A stretch of 64,000 nt of DNA from Macrostomum hystrix (Eukaryota > Animalia > Platyhelminthes): positions 18,662,001-18,726,000 of the forward strand of contig CATNEN010000001.1 of the NCBI GenBank assembly GCA_950097015.1, read 5' to 3'. The number at the start of each line of letters is the position of its first letter. The first letter of the stretch is position 1. The notes under the pieces were generated by a model. The model saw only the letters and a program-made list of their open reading frames with translations. It ran no database searches and was not told where the DNA came from. Positions 14,222-26,865 of the stretch are shown here, piece by piece. The position numbers were made by a program, and so were the translations under genes.

Positions 14222-16945
14222 AAACGGCAATAGGTGCCCACAAGCTCGAGCCCCAGTTAAAGTTTATAACTCTGGCTACAATAGTAATAATTACGTAGTC
14301 TGTGTGCTGCGAAACAACAACAACAACAACAACAATATACGCCAGGTCTCTCCATGGAAACTGGAGAAACTGGGGAAACTGGGAAACTGGCTGCGAAACG
14401 CATGCATTTAAGGCCAAGCGTGGCACTGCAATTGTTGGTTTCTTGAATTTTCCTAAACGGCAATAGGTGCCCACAAGCTCCAGTTCAAGTTTATAAATCT
14501 GGCTACAATAGTAATTAAGTATAGTCTTTGTAGTGCGAAAATCATGTAGTTGAGGCCAAGCGTGGCACTGCAATTGTTGGTTTCTTGAATTTTCCTAAAC
14601 GGCAATAGGTGCCCACAAGCTCCAGTTCAAGTTTATAAATCTGGCTACAATAGTAATTAAGTATAGTCTTTGTAGTGCGAAAATAATGTAGTTGAGGCCA
14701 AGCGTGGCACTGCAATTGTTGGTTTCTTGAATTTTCCTAAACGGCAATAGGTGCCCACAAGCTCCAGTTCAAGTTTATAAATCGGGCTACAATAGTAATT
14801 AAGTATAGTCTTTGTAGTGCGAAAATAATGTAGTTGAGGCCAAGCGTGGCACTGCTATTGTTGGTTTCTTGAATTTTCCTAAACGGCAATAGGTGCCCAC
14901 AAGCTCCAGTTCAAGTTTATAAATCGGGCTACAATAGTAATTAAGTATAGTCTTTGTAGTGCGAAAATCATGTAGTTGAGGCCAAGCGTGGCACCAATTA
15001 CTGGTTTCTTGAATTTTCCTAAACGGCAATAGGTGCCCACAAGCTCCAGTTCAAGTTTATAAATCGGGCTACAATAGTAATTAAGTATAGTCTTTGTAGT
15101 GCGAAAATAATGTAGTTGAGGCCAAGCGTGGCACTGCAATTGTTGGTTTCTTGAATTTTCCTAAACGGCAATAGGTGCCCACAAGCTCCAGTTCAAGTTT
15201 ATAAATCTGGCTACAATAGTAATTAAGTATAGTCTTTGTAGTGCGAAAATCATGTAGTTGAGGCCAAGCGTGGCACTGCAATTGTTGGTTTCTTGAATTT
15301 TCCTAAACGGCAATAGGTGCCCACAAGCTCCAGTTCAAGTTTATAAATCGGGCTACAATAGTAATTAAGTATAGTCTTTGTAGTGCGAAAATCATGTAGT
15401 TGAGGCCAAGCGTGGCACTGCAATTGTTGGTTTCTTGAATTTTCCTAAACGGCAATAGGTGCCCACAAGCTCCAGTTCAAGTTTATAAATCGGGCTACAA
15501 TAGTAATTAAGTATAGTCTTTGTAGTGCGAAAATCATGTAGTTGAGGCCAAGCGTGGCACCAATTACTGGTTTCTTGAATTTTCCTAAACGGCAATAGGT
15601 GCCCACAAGCTCCAGTTCAAGTTTATAAATCTGGCTACAATAGTAATTAAGTATAGTCTTTGTAGTGCGAAAATCATGTAGTTGAGGCCAAGCGTGGCAC
15701 TGCAATTGTTGGTTTCTTGAATTTTCCTAAACGGCAATAGGTGCCCACAAGCTCCAGTTCAAGTTTATAAATCGGGCTACAATAGTAATTAAGTATAGTC
15801 TTTGTAGTGCGAAAATAATGTAGTTGAGGCCAAGCGTGGCACTGCAATTGTTGGTTTCTTGAATTTTCCTAAACGGCAATAGGTGCCCACAAGCTCCAGT
15901 TCAAGTTTATAAATCGGGCTACAATAGTAATTAAGTATAGTCTTTGTAGTGCGAAAATAATGTAGTTGAGGCCAAGCGTGGCACTGCAATTGTTGGTTTC
16001 TTGAATTTTCCTAAACGGCAATAGGTGCCCACAAGCTCCAGTTCAAGTTTATAAATCGGGCTACAATAGTAATTAAGTATAGTCTTTGTAGTGCGAAAAT
16101 AATGTAGTTGAGGCCAAGCGTGGCACTGCTATTGTTGGTTTCTTGAATTTTCCTAAACGGCAATAGGTGCCCACAAGCTCCAGTTCAAGTTTATAAATCG
16201 GGCTACAATAGTAATTAAGTATAGTCTTTGTAGTGCGAAAATCATGTAGTTGAGGCCAAGCGTGGCACCAATTACTGGTTTCTTGAATTTTCCTAAACGG
16301 CAATAGGTGCCCACAAGCTCCAGTTCAAGTTTATAAATCGGGCTACAATAGTAATTAAGTATAGTCTTTGTAGTGCGAAAATAATGTAGTTGAGGCCAAG
16401 CGTGGCACTGCAATTGTTGGTTTCTTGAATTTTCCTAAACGGCAATAGGTGCCCACAAGCTCCAGTTCAAGTTTATAAATCTGGCTACAATAGTAATTAA
16501 GTATAGTCTTTGTAGTGCGAAAATCATGTAGTTGAGGCCAAGCGTGGCACTGCAATTGTTGGTTTCTTGAATTTTCCTAAACGGCAATAGGTGCCCACAA
16601 GCTCCAGTTCAAGTTTATAAATCGGGCTACAATAGTAATTAAGTAGTCTTTGTAGTGCGAAAATAATGTAGTTGAGGCCAAGCGTGGCACTGCAATTGTT
16701 GGTTTCTTGAATTTTCCTAAACGGCAATAGGTGCCCACAAGCTCCAGTTCAAGTTTATAAATCGGGCTACAATAGTAATTAAGTATAGTCTTTGTAGTGC
16801 GAAAATAATGTAGTTGAGGCCAAGCGTGGCACTGCAATTGTTGGTTTCTTGAATTTTCCTAAACGGCAATAGGTGCCCACAAGCTCCAGTTCAAGTTTAT
16901 AAATCTGGCTACAATAGTAATAATTAAGTATAGTCTGTGTGATGC
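14222..16945. repeat. 142-bp satellite, ~18 copies plus a detached diverged copy, with higher-order structure
   Basis: AGGCCAAGCGTGGCAC at 14411, 14553, ...; 140-bp variant (CACCAATTACTGG) at ~14993, ~15559, ~16267; diverged copies at 14222-14313 and 16861-16945. Confidence 0.97.
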
Positions 16946-16946
16946 G

Positions 16947-17049
16947 ACGCCGCAGGCTTACTTATTGACCCCGGATTTCGACAGGGATCGCTTCTACGTC
17001 TATCCCAGAATACGGGGAATCAAATCCCATCGAAATTCATCAAAGTTAA
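16947..17049 (-). repeat. Dispersed non-coding module A (inverted relative to copies at 34632-34734 and 35992-36080)
   Basis: Reverse complement aligns ungapped to 34632-34734 with 10 mismatches in 103 nt (manual count). Confidence 0.9.
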
Positions 17050-17262
17050 CTTTCTCCTCTCTGTGCCCTCACTTTCTCCACTCTGTGCCCTCACTTTCTC
17101 CTTTGTGCCCTCACTTTCTCCACTCTGTGCCCTCACTTTCTCCTCTGTGCCCTCACTTTCTCCTCTGTGCCCTCACTTTCTCCTCTGTGCCCTCACTCTC
17201 TCCTCTCTGTCACCCCACTCTCTCCTCTGTCACCTCACCCTCTTCTCTGTCACCTCACCCTG
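17050..17262. repeat. 21-bp pyrimidine-rich minisatellite CTCTGTGCCCTCACTTTCTC(C)
   Basis: About 9-10 copies read directly. Confidence 0.9.
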
Positions 17263-17636
17263 TGATTCCAAGAAAGAAGTAATAATAATAACATTATAAT
17301 ACTTTTAGTCAGTATACCTTGCAGCAGGTCACCTATGCCGTGCCTGTGCGGCACAATTTTTGCCAATGAGATGCGCTGATATGTTTTGATAAATTAGCTT
17401 ATGTATTTTCCCTGAAGATTGACACGGAAAAGAATTGGTGAAAAGTCCTAGTTAGACAGAAACATTAATTGAACAAAGTACAGACCCTCACGTAAAAACA
17501 CATACAGTGCATGCACAGTGAGCATAAAGAAAGCAGGTATTAGAGTTTGATATTTTATCATTGTCAAACGCGTTCAGAACTTCAGAACTCTCTCCTCTCA
17601 CTCCGCTGCTCGTTTGCAAGGGAGCACGACCATTGA

Positions 17637-17906
17637 AGAAATTGCATGACTACCAGGGAAAACTGAATAATTTAGTCATCGGAACATATTCTGAACAGTT
17701 TGACTCTAGCTCTCCTCTGACCATCCAAGAAATTGCATGACTACCAGGGAAAACTGAATAATTTAGTCATCGGAACATATTCTGAACAGTTTGACTCTAG
17801 CTCTCCTCTGACCATCCAAGAAATTGCATGACTACCAGGGAAAACTGAATAATTTAGTCATCGGAACATATTCTGAACAGTTTGACTCTAGCTCTCCTCT
17901 GACCAT
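17637..17906. repeat. 91-bp tandem repeat, 3 near-identical copies
   Basis: ATTGCATGACTACCAGGG at 17641, 17732, 17823. Confidence 0.95.
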
Positions 17907-18325
17907 TGTTGCCACACCTGGGCTAAATTACTCTAGCTAAGTGTAATGACTATAGGTAAGTCAAATACATGCACAAGTAGGATTGCAGGCAAGCAGACAC
18001 GAAAGGTGTACACACGCATATGAGCATTCACACTTGTATGCATATGAACGCATATGAAGCAATTATGAAGTCAGATTGGCCGAGTTCGCATAACAACAAA
18101 ACGCCTTGGACGACTGGAGGGAATTGAAAAATGACATTAGACAAGGCTAAAGGCGTAGAAGTGCGTAGCCACGTACCTTTAATTGTGCAAATAGTTATAA
18201 AAGCTAAAATATCGTTAGCAAGATGCTTCTTCAAAGATTGGTCACAACGGTTGAAAGACCAGAAACACCGCCTAAAAAATTGTATGGATCGTCATTTCCA
18301 TTGTGTTGAATGCTCGCGCACGTCA

Positions 18326-18859
18326 TCATGTTGACATCGCGCACGTCATCCTGTTGACATCAGAATTGTAGCTTAAAGCTGCAGCGGAGCGTTGATTACA
18401 ACTGTAGTCTTGGGCCCCAGGCACCTGTGGATTTAAATCAACTGAATGAGCACTCGTAGGTTGACCAGCTGCTGGAAGAGCCGGCGATATTTCGTTGGCA
18501 GGAGTTTTACCACCAACAGCGATGTTGCGTAGCTCGTCAATGAAACTTAATGCAGCAAGGTTAGCAGCTTTGAAGTCCTCAGTCGTGATGATGATTCTAT
18601 CGCCTCCTCTTCTCCCGCGATTGTGAATGAGCATGTGCATATCGAATCCCGAAGTGATAGTAGAGCAATATGGACAGAGATAAAAAATAGGAGACAACTC
18701 TAGCTTATGTTGTAGGCGACAGTAGCGAAGGTTGGCGTCGATTCGCCTTTCAGATAGGTCCGGATGAGCTCCGCGGCAATGCTGTTTAAAACCTGATGCC
18801 CTGCCACTCCAGTGGCACTGAAGACACGTAATCGCGGCGTGAATGTTGGGAGGTGTCAT
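18326..18859 (-). CDS. Stand-alone double C2H2-finger + helix module protein (177 aa)
   Basis: ATG at 18859; CLQC-x11-H-x4-H and CPYC-x9-H-x3-H followed by an amphipathic helix (AALSFIDELRNI); upstream tttcAG acceptor (~18886) and TATA-like TTTATATA (~18961-18968). Confidence 0.7.
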   Translation of the reverse strand: MTPPNIHAAITCLQCHWSGRASGFKQHCRGAHPDLSERRIDANLRYCRLQHKLELSPIFYLCPYCSTITSGFDMHMLIHNRGRRGGDRIIITTEDFKAANLAALSFIDELRNIAVGGKTPANEISPALPAAGQPTSAHSVDLNPQVPGAQDYSCNQRSAAALSYNSDVNRMTCAMST

Positions 18860-19767
18860 CAACTTTCAATGGAAGTGATGCTGGCCTGAAATTTATTCGA
18901 GATTGAAGTTTGAAACGTTGACAATTAAAGCTAGACCCTAAATGAAGGCGTGAACGCTAATATATAAACGCTAATAAGGACATTGATCTGCCATGCATAA
19001 AATTGTATAAAGCAGGCAGTCTATTCTCAAATGCACATCTATCTCCATTTGTCCTAGTTGTTCCCTGCACAGCCAACTAATGAGCAGAAAGAAAGCGCAT
19101 CTAAAAAACAAGCAATTAAAAAACGAAAACGCGAAACACTGTTTAGGAGCCCCTCCATTTATTTGACAGACAATGAAACTGTGAGCTATATAATAATAAT
19201 AAAACGGAATTGAACGGAAAAGCTGATAAATGAACGAATTTAATAGTGTCATTAGTCCCACGAATAAAAACAGCTAACGTAAGTACACTGCCAGTCCGCT
19301 GGATAGTGCAAACATGCACGGTAAGATTGGCAGCGCACGGTAATTAGCAGATTTTATTCGCGCTCAACGAGTCCGCCGCGAGAAGGCTGACACATGGGCT
19401 CATAGCGCTTTAAAATGTAGCGCTTCACAGCACATTGAATTGCATGTGCAAAGTGACCTGTAAATATTTTGCTAGTTGAAAGAAATATGTGTCCAAACTT
19501 TGGGCTTACTGGTATTAATTTTAGCGTTCTTAAACTTAACGCTTCACAGCACATTGTATTGCATGTGCAAAGTGACCTGCAAAAATTTTGCTAGTTGAAA
19601 GAAATGTGTCCAAATTTTGGGCTTAATGGTATTAATTTTAGCGATCTTAAACTTAACGCTTCACAGCACCCACACAAAAGTAGGTGCAGAGTGACTTTAC
19701 AAGGCAGCGCTTGACTTCAATTAAAAACACAAGTAACGGTGGAATCATCAGTACACTGGTTGGATAC

Positions 19768-22215
19768 TTAATCGGAGTCGCTATCAGAAGACTCCGAATC
19801 TTCTGAAGCAACCGCTTCATTAGCGCTCTGACTCAGTGTGCTGAGGGAGAATTTATTCGCAAGAAGATATTTTACAGCATCAGTCACGCTTTTACTTGCA
19901 ACATCTTCAAGCAGTCTTCTAAACAATTCCCGAAATTGAGCGGCTAAGCCCGGCTGATTCGCTAAGTCATCACAGAGGCTCTGCAAATTAACCTGAAGGT
20001 CAACCCACTCATCTGAAATAATATGCGCTTCTTCTTTTAGGCGTTTATATTTGTTACTGACGTCTATAGCCCGCTGACGAAATCGGATGGAAAGGTCGGT
20101 TCCAGACAAATGTTCATATTTCGCACTACGCGGTTTTTTATATTCATCGAAAGAAGCTCTGTCTTCAATTGGAAGACGAGCGTAGAGTTTTTTCATGTCG
20201 GATGCATAACTTTTAACCTTTCGCAAGCACATTCTGGTTTGACTTTGGCCAACTGACTTACCAACCTGTTTACTCCAATGATCTCTGTGCACTGCAAGAG
20301 CGCGTAGCTCACATAGGATATCATCTTCCGAGTTGTGTACAGCTACTCGGAGGGAATCTTCATACCATTGGGAGCCTAAATCCAAAATTTCATCCTCAGA
20401 GATGACCAGACTGTCATTTCGGACCCCCGAGTGCTGCAAAATCGCAGACTGGCTTTGTAGCTCTTTTAGTTCACTTAGAATGCTTTTTCCCGCACCTACC
20501 ATAAGCTTAATACGTTGTGTAAACCACCCAGAAGCGCTAAGAAGCTGTTGTGCATTAAAGAAGTATAGAATATGCGCCATGTATTGTGCTCGTCGGTCTT
20601 TCCGCATGTACTTTAAAAACTTACCGAACGGCCTGAGTTGAGACCAGGCTCGCTCAGTATTCTCTCCATCGCATAGACCTGCGCCTGGAGTAACGCGAAC
20701 AGAAAACTTTTTTTGACAACTGGGCAGGTGACCAAGAGCATGAAAAGCGTTTATTGCACAGCTACTCGCTTGAATGTTGGCACCAGACTTCGCAATAGCG
20801 GATTTAACCCGGCTGGATACGCGACAGCCTGTGAATTGGGATAAAGAGTAAGTCATGTTGTCATATAACTGTACACAAGCAACAGTATTTCATAGATTGT
20901 ATGCATTTTATAAAATAATAATAAACTTACCCACGTCATATACGACAAGTAATTCCTTAGACACTTTGACGTTTCGCAGAAAGTGTTCAAGGCACTGTTC
21001 CAGGTAGCAAAACTTTTCTCCACCAGTTGTGATATTTGAGCCACACAAAAGGCGATTGTGACGACAGAATAATCCAAAGAAACCCGTGACATCATGTCTC
21101 TGCTCACGGCTTAATGGTTCATGAGCACCGGCCTTCCAATTAGGACAATTCTGTTCCTCTGCTCGATTTTTTGGCACATCCGCTTTAATATCTACATAGA
21201 CAAGCGGCGTAGGTAATGGACGACCATCTGATGGTATTTCCAGTTGTGTACGCCCCCTGGCTTTAAAGCGCTGCCAACCAAATAGAGCATCTGCACAGAC
21301 AACAGTTTTGCGCACAGCGTGATTATCTGGACAGAGAAGACAATTATTTGGCCATTTTGCTGAGGCCATTTGCAGGTGGCGAAACCGCAGCAAAACATCA
21401 TGTCGTTGAATGCGTTGATAAGTGCTTTTTACAAGAGCCAAATTATATGTACCTTGTCCCAGAGTTGGCCCAATGAGCAGTGTACTGACCGCTCTGTGAA
21501 CAGGCAACTGCCCAGTCATACACAAACTGTCTAGCAGGGACAAAAAGGTAAAAGAAAAGAATGCATACCCATCTGAATCAGGCTTTGACCCTTCGCAACA
21601 AGGGAAGAACCCTTGAGAAAGGAGTGCACCAATAAGATCACAGGAGTCGCAGGTAATAAAAATGACCTTTACGCTTCCAGCCAGATCTATAAGGTCAACT
21701 TTTGTAGCCGCACAGACATTCAGATTCAATTTACTAGAAGCGCAGCAAAACATTTCAAAAGCATCGTGAGTAGCATCCAGTTCCTGAAACATTAGACTCT
21801 CCTTATTCCATATGAGAAACTTGTGGGCTGAAAACTTTTTATGCGTCTCATTCTTACAGCTGGCACATAAGCTAAGTCGACAAGTAACACATCGATATAC
21901 ACCTTCGTGCTCATAGCAAGAGGAACACAGATTTAAGAGAAAATGCTTCTCGTAACTACCTCTGTATTTCTCAGCAAAGCTGTCAAAATCTACCCATTCA
22001 ACATCTTCTACTGTAGGAGCAAAAGACTCAGGCATACCGACATCATTCTCGGTGCTAGCTTCCACTGGAACAGGAGTAGTTTCAGACACAGGACGCCGAG
22101 ATGTTGAGCCTCGATTTCGGCCGCTAATGATTGTCTTAATCTTTCTGGGTCGCCCACGACAGCCAGTTTGCAGTGTAGCTTTGACAACACGCTTCAGTTC
22201 GATGCCGCGATACAT
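19768..22215 (-). CDS. KDZ (Kyakuja-Dileera-Zisupton) transposase with AT-hook, B-box-like and CxC cysteine clusters; 2 exons (22215-20931, 20828-19768), 781 aa, apparently intact
   Basis: Splicing the GTAAGT...ttcacAG intron 20930-20829 joins the two ORFs to give YDVG|CR. Motifs: CADALF, GFFGLFCRH, GGEKFCY, YDVGC, FHALGHLPSCQ, GAGLCDGENTERAWS. N-terminal RGRPRK, CSSC..CVTC..LCASC...H...H, CDSCD..LL..GFFPC. 1285+1061=2346 nt. Confidence 0.93.
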
Positions 22216-22821
22216 TGTCTGGAAATGAGAAAGTAATTTATAATCATTGGTTTACAGTATTTAATATTGTAGACAGACAACTGTTTTCTATTTAATACTA
22301 TAAAGTTTTATATATTCTATAATGAAATCATAGCACTTATATTCAACATATATTCCCACAAGTATTGTGGCCATGTAACTACAGTCTGTGGAGATTGCTG
22401 ACCTGCACTTGGGCGTCATTTCTATACACTTGCTTGAATATAAAGAATTGAACATTTACTTAAAAATTTGCACACAAATCCCTTTTTCTCACTCTCACAA
22501 ATTAACACATTACTGCCACCCATGGACTCAATGGAATGTGACAAAGATTGGCAGACTTGGGGTGGCAGTTTGCTCAGCTTTGCCAGGGCCAGACTGTCAT
22601 GCTGCAGTGTCCAGCTGCAGCTATTCTGCCTAGATGATCAGCCTGTCTGATACTGATACCAGCATGGACTTCTCTAATCCTCCAATGGATTGCCACTAAT
22701 CTCAGTCGAATACCTTCTCAAGTGATTGATTTCAAGATTTCAATTTCACTATTTACGATATAAATATTGATCTTAAGTTCAAGGTCCACTGGAAAGAAGC
22801 CTTTATGTGCAAAGAGTATGC

Positions 22822-23255
22822 GGCAATGTTCTACTTCCGTTCGTTATATTATTTTTTCATTTGCAAATGACAGATAACGACAAAAACAAGTTTAACGGTA
22901 ACAATAAGTCTGTAGTTTGATCAGACAGTTCTGAAAAGTCTTGGTCAGTCTTTCTTCTTTCAAACCGGGTAAGTGCCTAATCCAGTAGAGGAGGGCACCG
23001 AAGCTATTCTTGGGGTATAGACAGCGCCATAAGAATTCTTTGAGGTGGCTTTCGAATAGAGCAGCATTCGTGCCATGCATTTGACGCAGCTTGGCCTTCA
23101 CAAAATCTTCAGCTGCAGAATTTCTGTGCCTAAGCTTCCTGTTCCCCCATATTTGCCAGATTTTGCCATAGACATAGATCCAAGTGTCAAGTCACGGCAA
23201 AGCCATGTCAATTCAAACGAAAAAATAATATAACGAACGGAAGTAAAACATTGCC
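22822..23255 (-). mobile_element. Non-autonomous Merlin (IS1016/ISXO2-like) DNA transposon, 434 bp
   Basis: TIRs GGCAATGTTCTACTTCCGTTCGTTAT / ATAACGAACGGAAGTAAAACATTGCC; perfect 8-bp TSD GAGTATGC (22814-22821, 23256-23263); internal remnant KAKLRQMHGT...ESHLKEFLWR matches the ISXO2-type C-terminus. Confidence 0.9.
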
Positions 23256-25230
23256 GAGTATGCATTAGTTTTTTTGAGATCTTGCCCTAATAACTATTTA
23301 CTTTATTTACTATTTACCAAAGCCTACTTGACTCAATGTTAAAGTTACTTATATTGGTGGTGCATGTCACTTATTACATTGTTTATAATTTCTTTCTGGC
23401 ACACAGAGCCACCTTTTTGACTCTGGAAGTAGGCTAGGAGGCTAGGTCTAAAGACCAAATGAAATTAGTGACTGTTGCTTCATAAAAAGTTGCAGAGCTT
23501 GGTACACTGTTAAGCAAGAAATGCAAAGAAACTAGCAGCAGAACTTAATAAATAAAAGTGAATATTATAGTCGGACAACTGTTTCTAATTTAATACACAC
23601 TGGCACAACCTCTAACAAAATTTTGGATTAACCCATCTTCAATGTTAACTAAATATGAGTAAATGCTTATAGGCACTAGCTATAGTACTGGTTTACTGCC
23701 GAGTTAACTAGTTTCTAACCTGCCAAAGATAGTCAGATAATATTTCCTATTCAATACTAGCTATCTAGAGTGTTATATTACATCATATTAACCATGTAAT
23801 TTTGCCATATAGCGACATATGTTATTTTCCAACTGACATTGTTTAGACATTTATCGAGTTTTTAATTACTTTGTGCAAATGACTCTGATTTGTCCAAAAC
23901 TAAGTGAAGAGTGAGGTAAACAATACAAATATTTTTGTTTTTAACCTTAATTACGATTTACGAAGAACGAAATTAGCTACCAAAGTGGCAATAATCTAGA
24001 AAAAGTAACAGTAATGTGGAATGATTGCAATTGGTACAATCTTGTACTTTTTTGTCCCGATTTACCTGTCTTTCACTTTCAGTTGAATTCAAAGAGAAAA
24101 TTAAATTACTAAATTAATTAAAATTCAGTTCAAAATTAAAATTTGAAAAAGCTAAAAACAACATGGCGGACAACTCCGACGAACATGCATCTGAAATTAT
24201 TTAAACCGCGCCAAAAAAATCTGCAGAGCCTTCTTTATGTATATGTCTAAGAACATAATTATTTGTTTTTTCAAAGCAGTATTAAGTAGCCTATACCTTT
24301 ATTACGATTTTGTTTTTTTAAACTCAAACGCTACGAGTACGTTACGGTTTACATACGTAAGTTGCGGGTAATATCGAGCCGATCTTCAAGAAAGGAAAAT
24401 AATGTGTTTCGTAGCTAATTATTTGGAATACCTTGGTTTTTCGAGAATTATTAAATTAAGACCTAATATACCAGAAAGTCTTACGGTTTCCCTACTTTGT
24501 GGCAGAACACGAAAGCTCAGACACTTTTATTAAAAATATATAATATTTGTAGATGAATTAACTAAATCGATGTTTCAGTAGGTTGAACTCGTGCGATTAT
24601 ACTGCTTTTGCAACAGAATGCAATGACTTTGCATCAATTAGATTTATAAATTGGTCGATTATTTATCATGTTGATTTCTGTCGAAAAGGTTAAATGTTCC
24701 GGAAACTTTATGTAACTCTAAACAAAGTAAAACATTTAGATACTGGTGTGAGGCATTGCACTTCGTACCCTACAAAATTTAAACGCTGTTTTGCCGTTTT
24801 TATGCAGTATGTGTTTAAAAAAATCTTTTAGCGAACTATTTTCGCTTCAACCTTTCCTTTAAGTTACTTTTATGCTTTAAAAATAATGATTTTTGCCTTG
24901 CTGGTCTTTATTTAAAACTTTATGGATTACATGCAATGACAAAAATAAGTAGAATGTTTGGTGCAACGATAAATCGATGACTTTCGTTACGGGTGCTAAT
25001 AATTTTGACTTTTGCTGAGTTTGTAATAAATTTGTAATATTGACGTTCACCCTTTTGGTTTTTGAAGCTTTGCAGATAAAATTTGGGGACCTGCTGGACC
25101 CGTCGTTAGATAATGGAGCGATTCGCTAGCTCGCGATATATTTGCTTGCGTTGCTAATATTGCGTTGCGAATTTGATCGCTACGATGGCCATTGCTTAAA
25201 ATAAGAAAGCACAAGCTGCAGCCTGCAGCC

Positions 25231-26191
25231 AAAAAAGTATTCGAACGAAAGAATATATACTAATAAATAGTAATTCTTCGTTGTATTTGGCCAATGTCAT
25301 GTGGTGAAACTGGTAGCACGTCAGCCTGATAACTGCGGGTCGTTGGTTCGACTCATTTTTTATTTAAATTAATGATTATATGTTTTGCAGAACAACAAGA
25401 ACATCATATAAGCCTACTCATTTCTTAATCTGGCTGAGTAAGAAAAAAAGCGGTTTTACGCTGATTTACATAAATATCAGCACTATACAGTACACTCGAA
25501 GCACCAAAGGAATCACATACAGTAGGATAGCCTATATGTTTTGAAAAACTCTGAAAAAGTATTCGAACGAAAGAATATACTTATAAATAGTAATTCTTCG
25601 TTGTAAACTGGCAATGTCAAGTGGTTTAACTGGTAGCACGTCAGCCTGACAACTGCGGGTCGTTGGTTCGACTCATTTTTTATTTAAATTAATGATTATA
25701 TGTTTTGCAGAACAACAAGAACATCATATAAGCCTACTCATTTCTTAATCCGGCTGAGTAAGAAAAAAAGCGGTTTTACGCTGATTTACATCAATATCAG
25801 CACTATACAGTACACTCGAAGCACCAAAGGAATCACATACAGTAGAATAGCCTATATGTTTTGAAAAACTCTGAAAAAGTATTCGAACGAAAGAATATAC
25901 TAATAAATAGTAATTCTTCGTTGTATATGGGCAATGTCAAGTGGTGAAACTGGTAGCACGTCAGCCTGATAACTGCGGGTCGTTGGTTCGACTCATTTTT
26001 TATTTAAATTAATGATTATATGTTTTGCAGAACAACAAGAACATCATATAAGCCTACTCATTTCTTAATCCGGCTGAGTAAGAAAAAAAGCGGTTTTACG
26101 CTGATTTACATCAATATCAGCACTATACAGTACATTCGAAGCACCAAAGGAATCACATACAGTAGGATAGCCTATATGTTTTGAAAAACTC
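25231..26191 (+). repeat. ~320-bp tandem repeat x3, each with a truncated tRNA-like Pol III cassette
   Basis: Units start ~25231, ~25554, ~25874; each has TGGT(GA/TT)AACTGG (A box), CTGA(T/C)AA loop, GGTTCGACTC (B box), then ATTTTTT. Confidence 0.85.
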
Positions 26192-26214
26192 TTAAATTAA
26201 GAAAACTCTTAAAG

Positions 26215-26470
26215 AATTTATTTTTCCAAACATATCGGCAGCATCCGAACCCCACAGAATTGCCGCACAGAACTGCTTTATTCCACGCCAGCCAGAATTA
26301 TTATTACCCGACGAAATGTCGGTACTCATCTGCAGCTGAGTAGACTGTGTGCACATCAGGGCAAAGCAGCTTGCCAAGGGCTGCACGAATAGTTCTAGAC
26401 TAGGTCGGGAGTCGAACCCAGGACCATCTGATCCAGAGTCCGACACCTTACTGACTGAGCTATCCGCCCT
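26215..26470 (-). mobile_element. tRNA-derived SINE
   Basis: Minus strand GGGCGGATAGCTCAGTCAGTAAGG...GGGTTCGACTCCCG head, then a SINE-core-like CCCTTGGCAAG...CTCAGCTGCAGATGAGTACC segment. Confidence 0.8.
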
Positions 26471-26865
26471 CATGGGCAACCTCTCCCCCTCCTCCTCCCC
26501 CCCGTCACCTTCCTATCCCATATCCGAGGCCCACACCAGGAGCGCACCCTGGGCCCATGGGCTGGGCTCATGAGCTGCGATCGGCTAGCCCAGCTCACCT
26601 CACCATGAGGGCACCCTGGCTAGGCGCATAATAAACGCATGAGCTGGGGCCGGCTAGCCCGCGGCCATAGACTGTCCCCTGCGCTTGTTGTAGCCTGCTT
26701 TGTCATAGGCCGAGAGCCCTCAAATATAATGTTGAGCCTGACTGGTTGGGCTCCACACACTCTTCTGTTCCTCCTTTTCTGTCTGCTCCCAGTGAGAGCC
26801 GAGACACTTGAAATTGGAGTTCGTTTTGACTTCTAACACAAGTCATTACACTGCCTATCATCACA

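Noticed and set aside
14411-16945. CRISPR-like array or repeated small genes (MQCHAWPQLH... ORFs)
   Set aside because: Units are contiguous near-identical monomers with no unique spacers; the ORFs are by-products of the satellite; the context is eukaryotic.
25289-26470. Functional tRNA genes
   Set aside because: The three tandem copies lack the 3' T-stem and acceptor strand and have a broken anticodon stem; the 26.4-kb copy continues into a SINE body.
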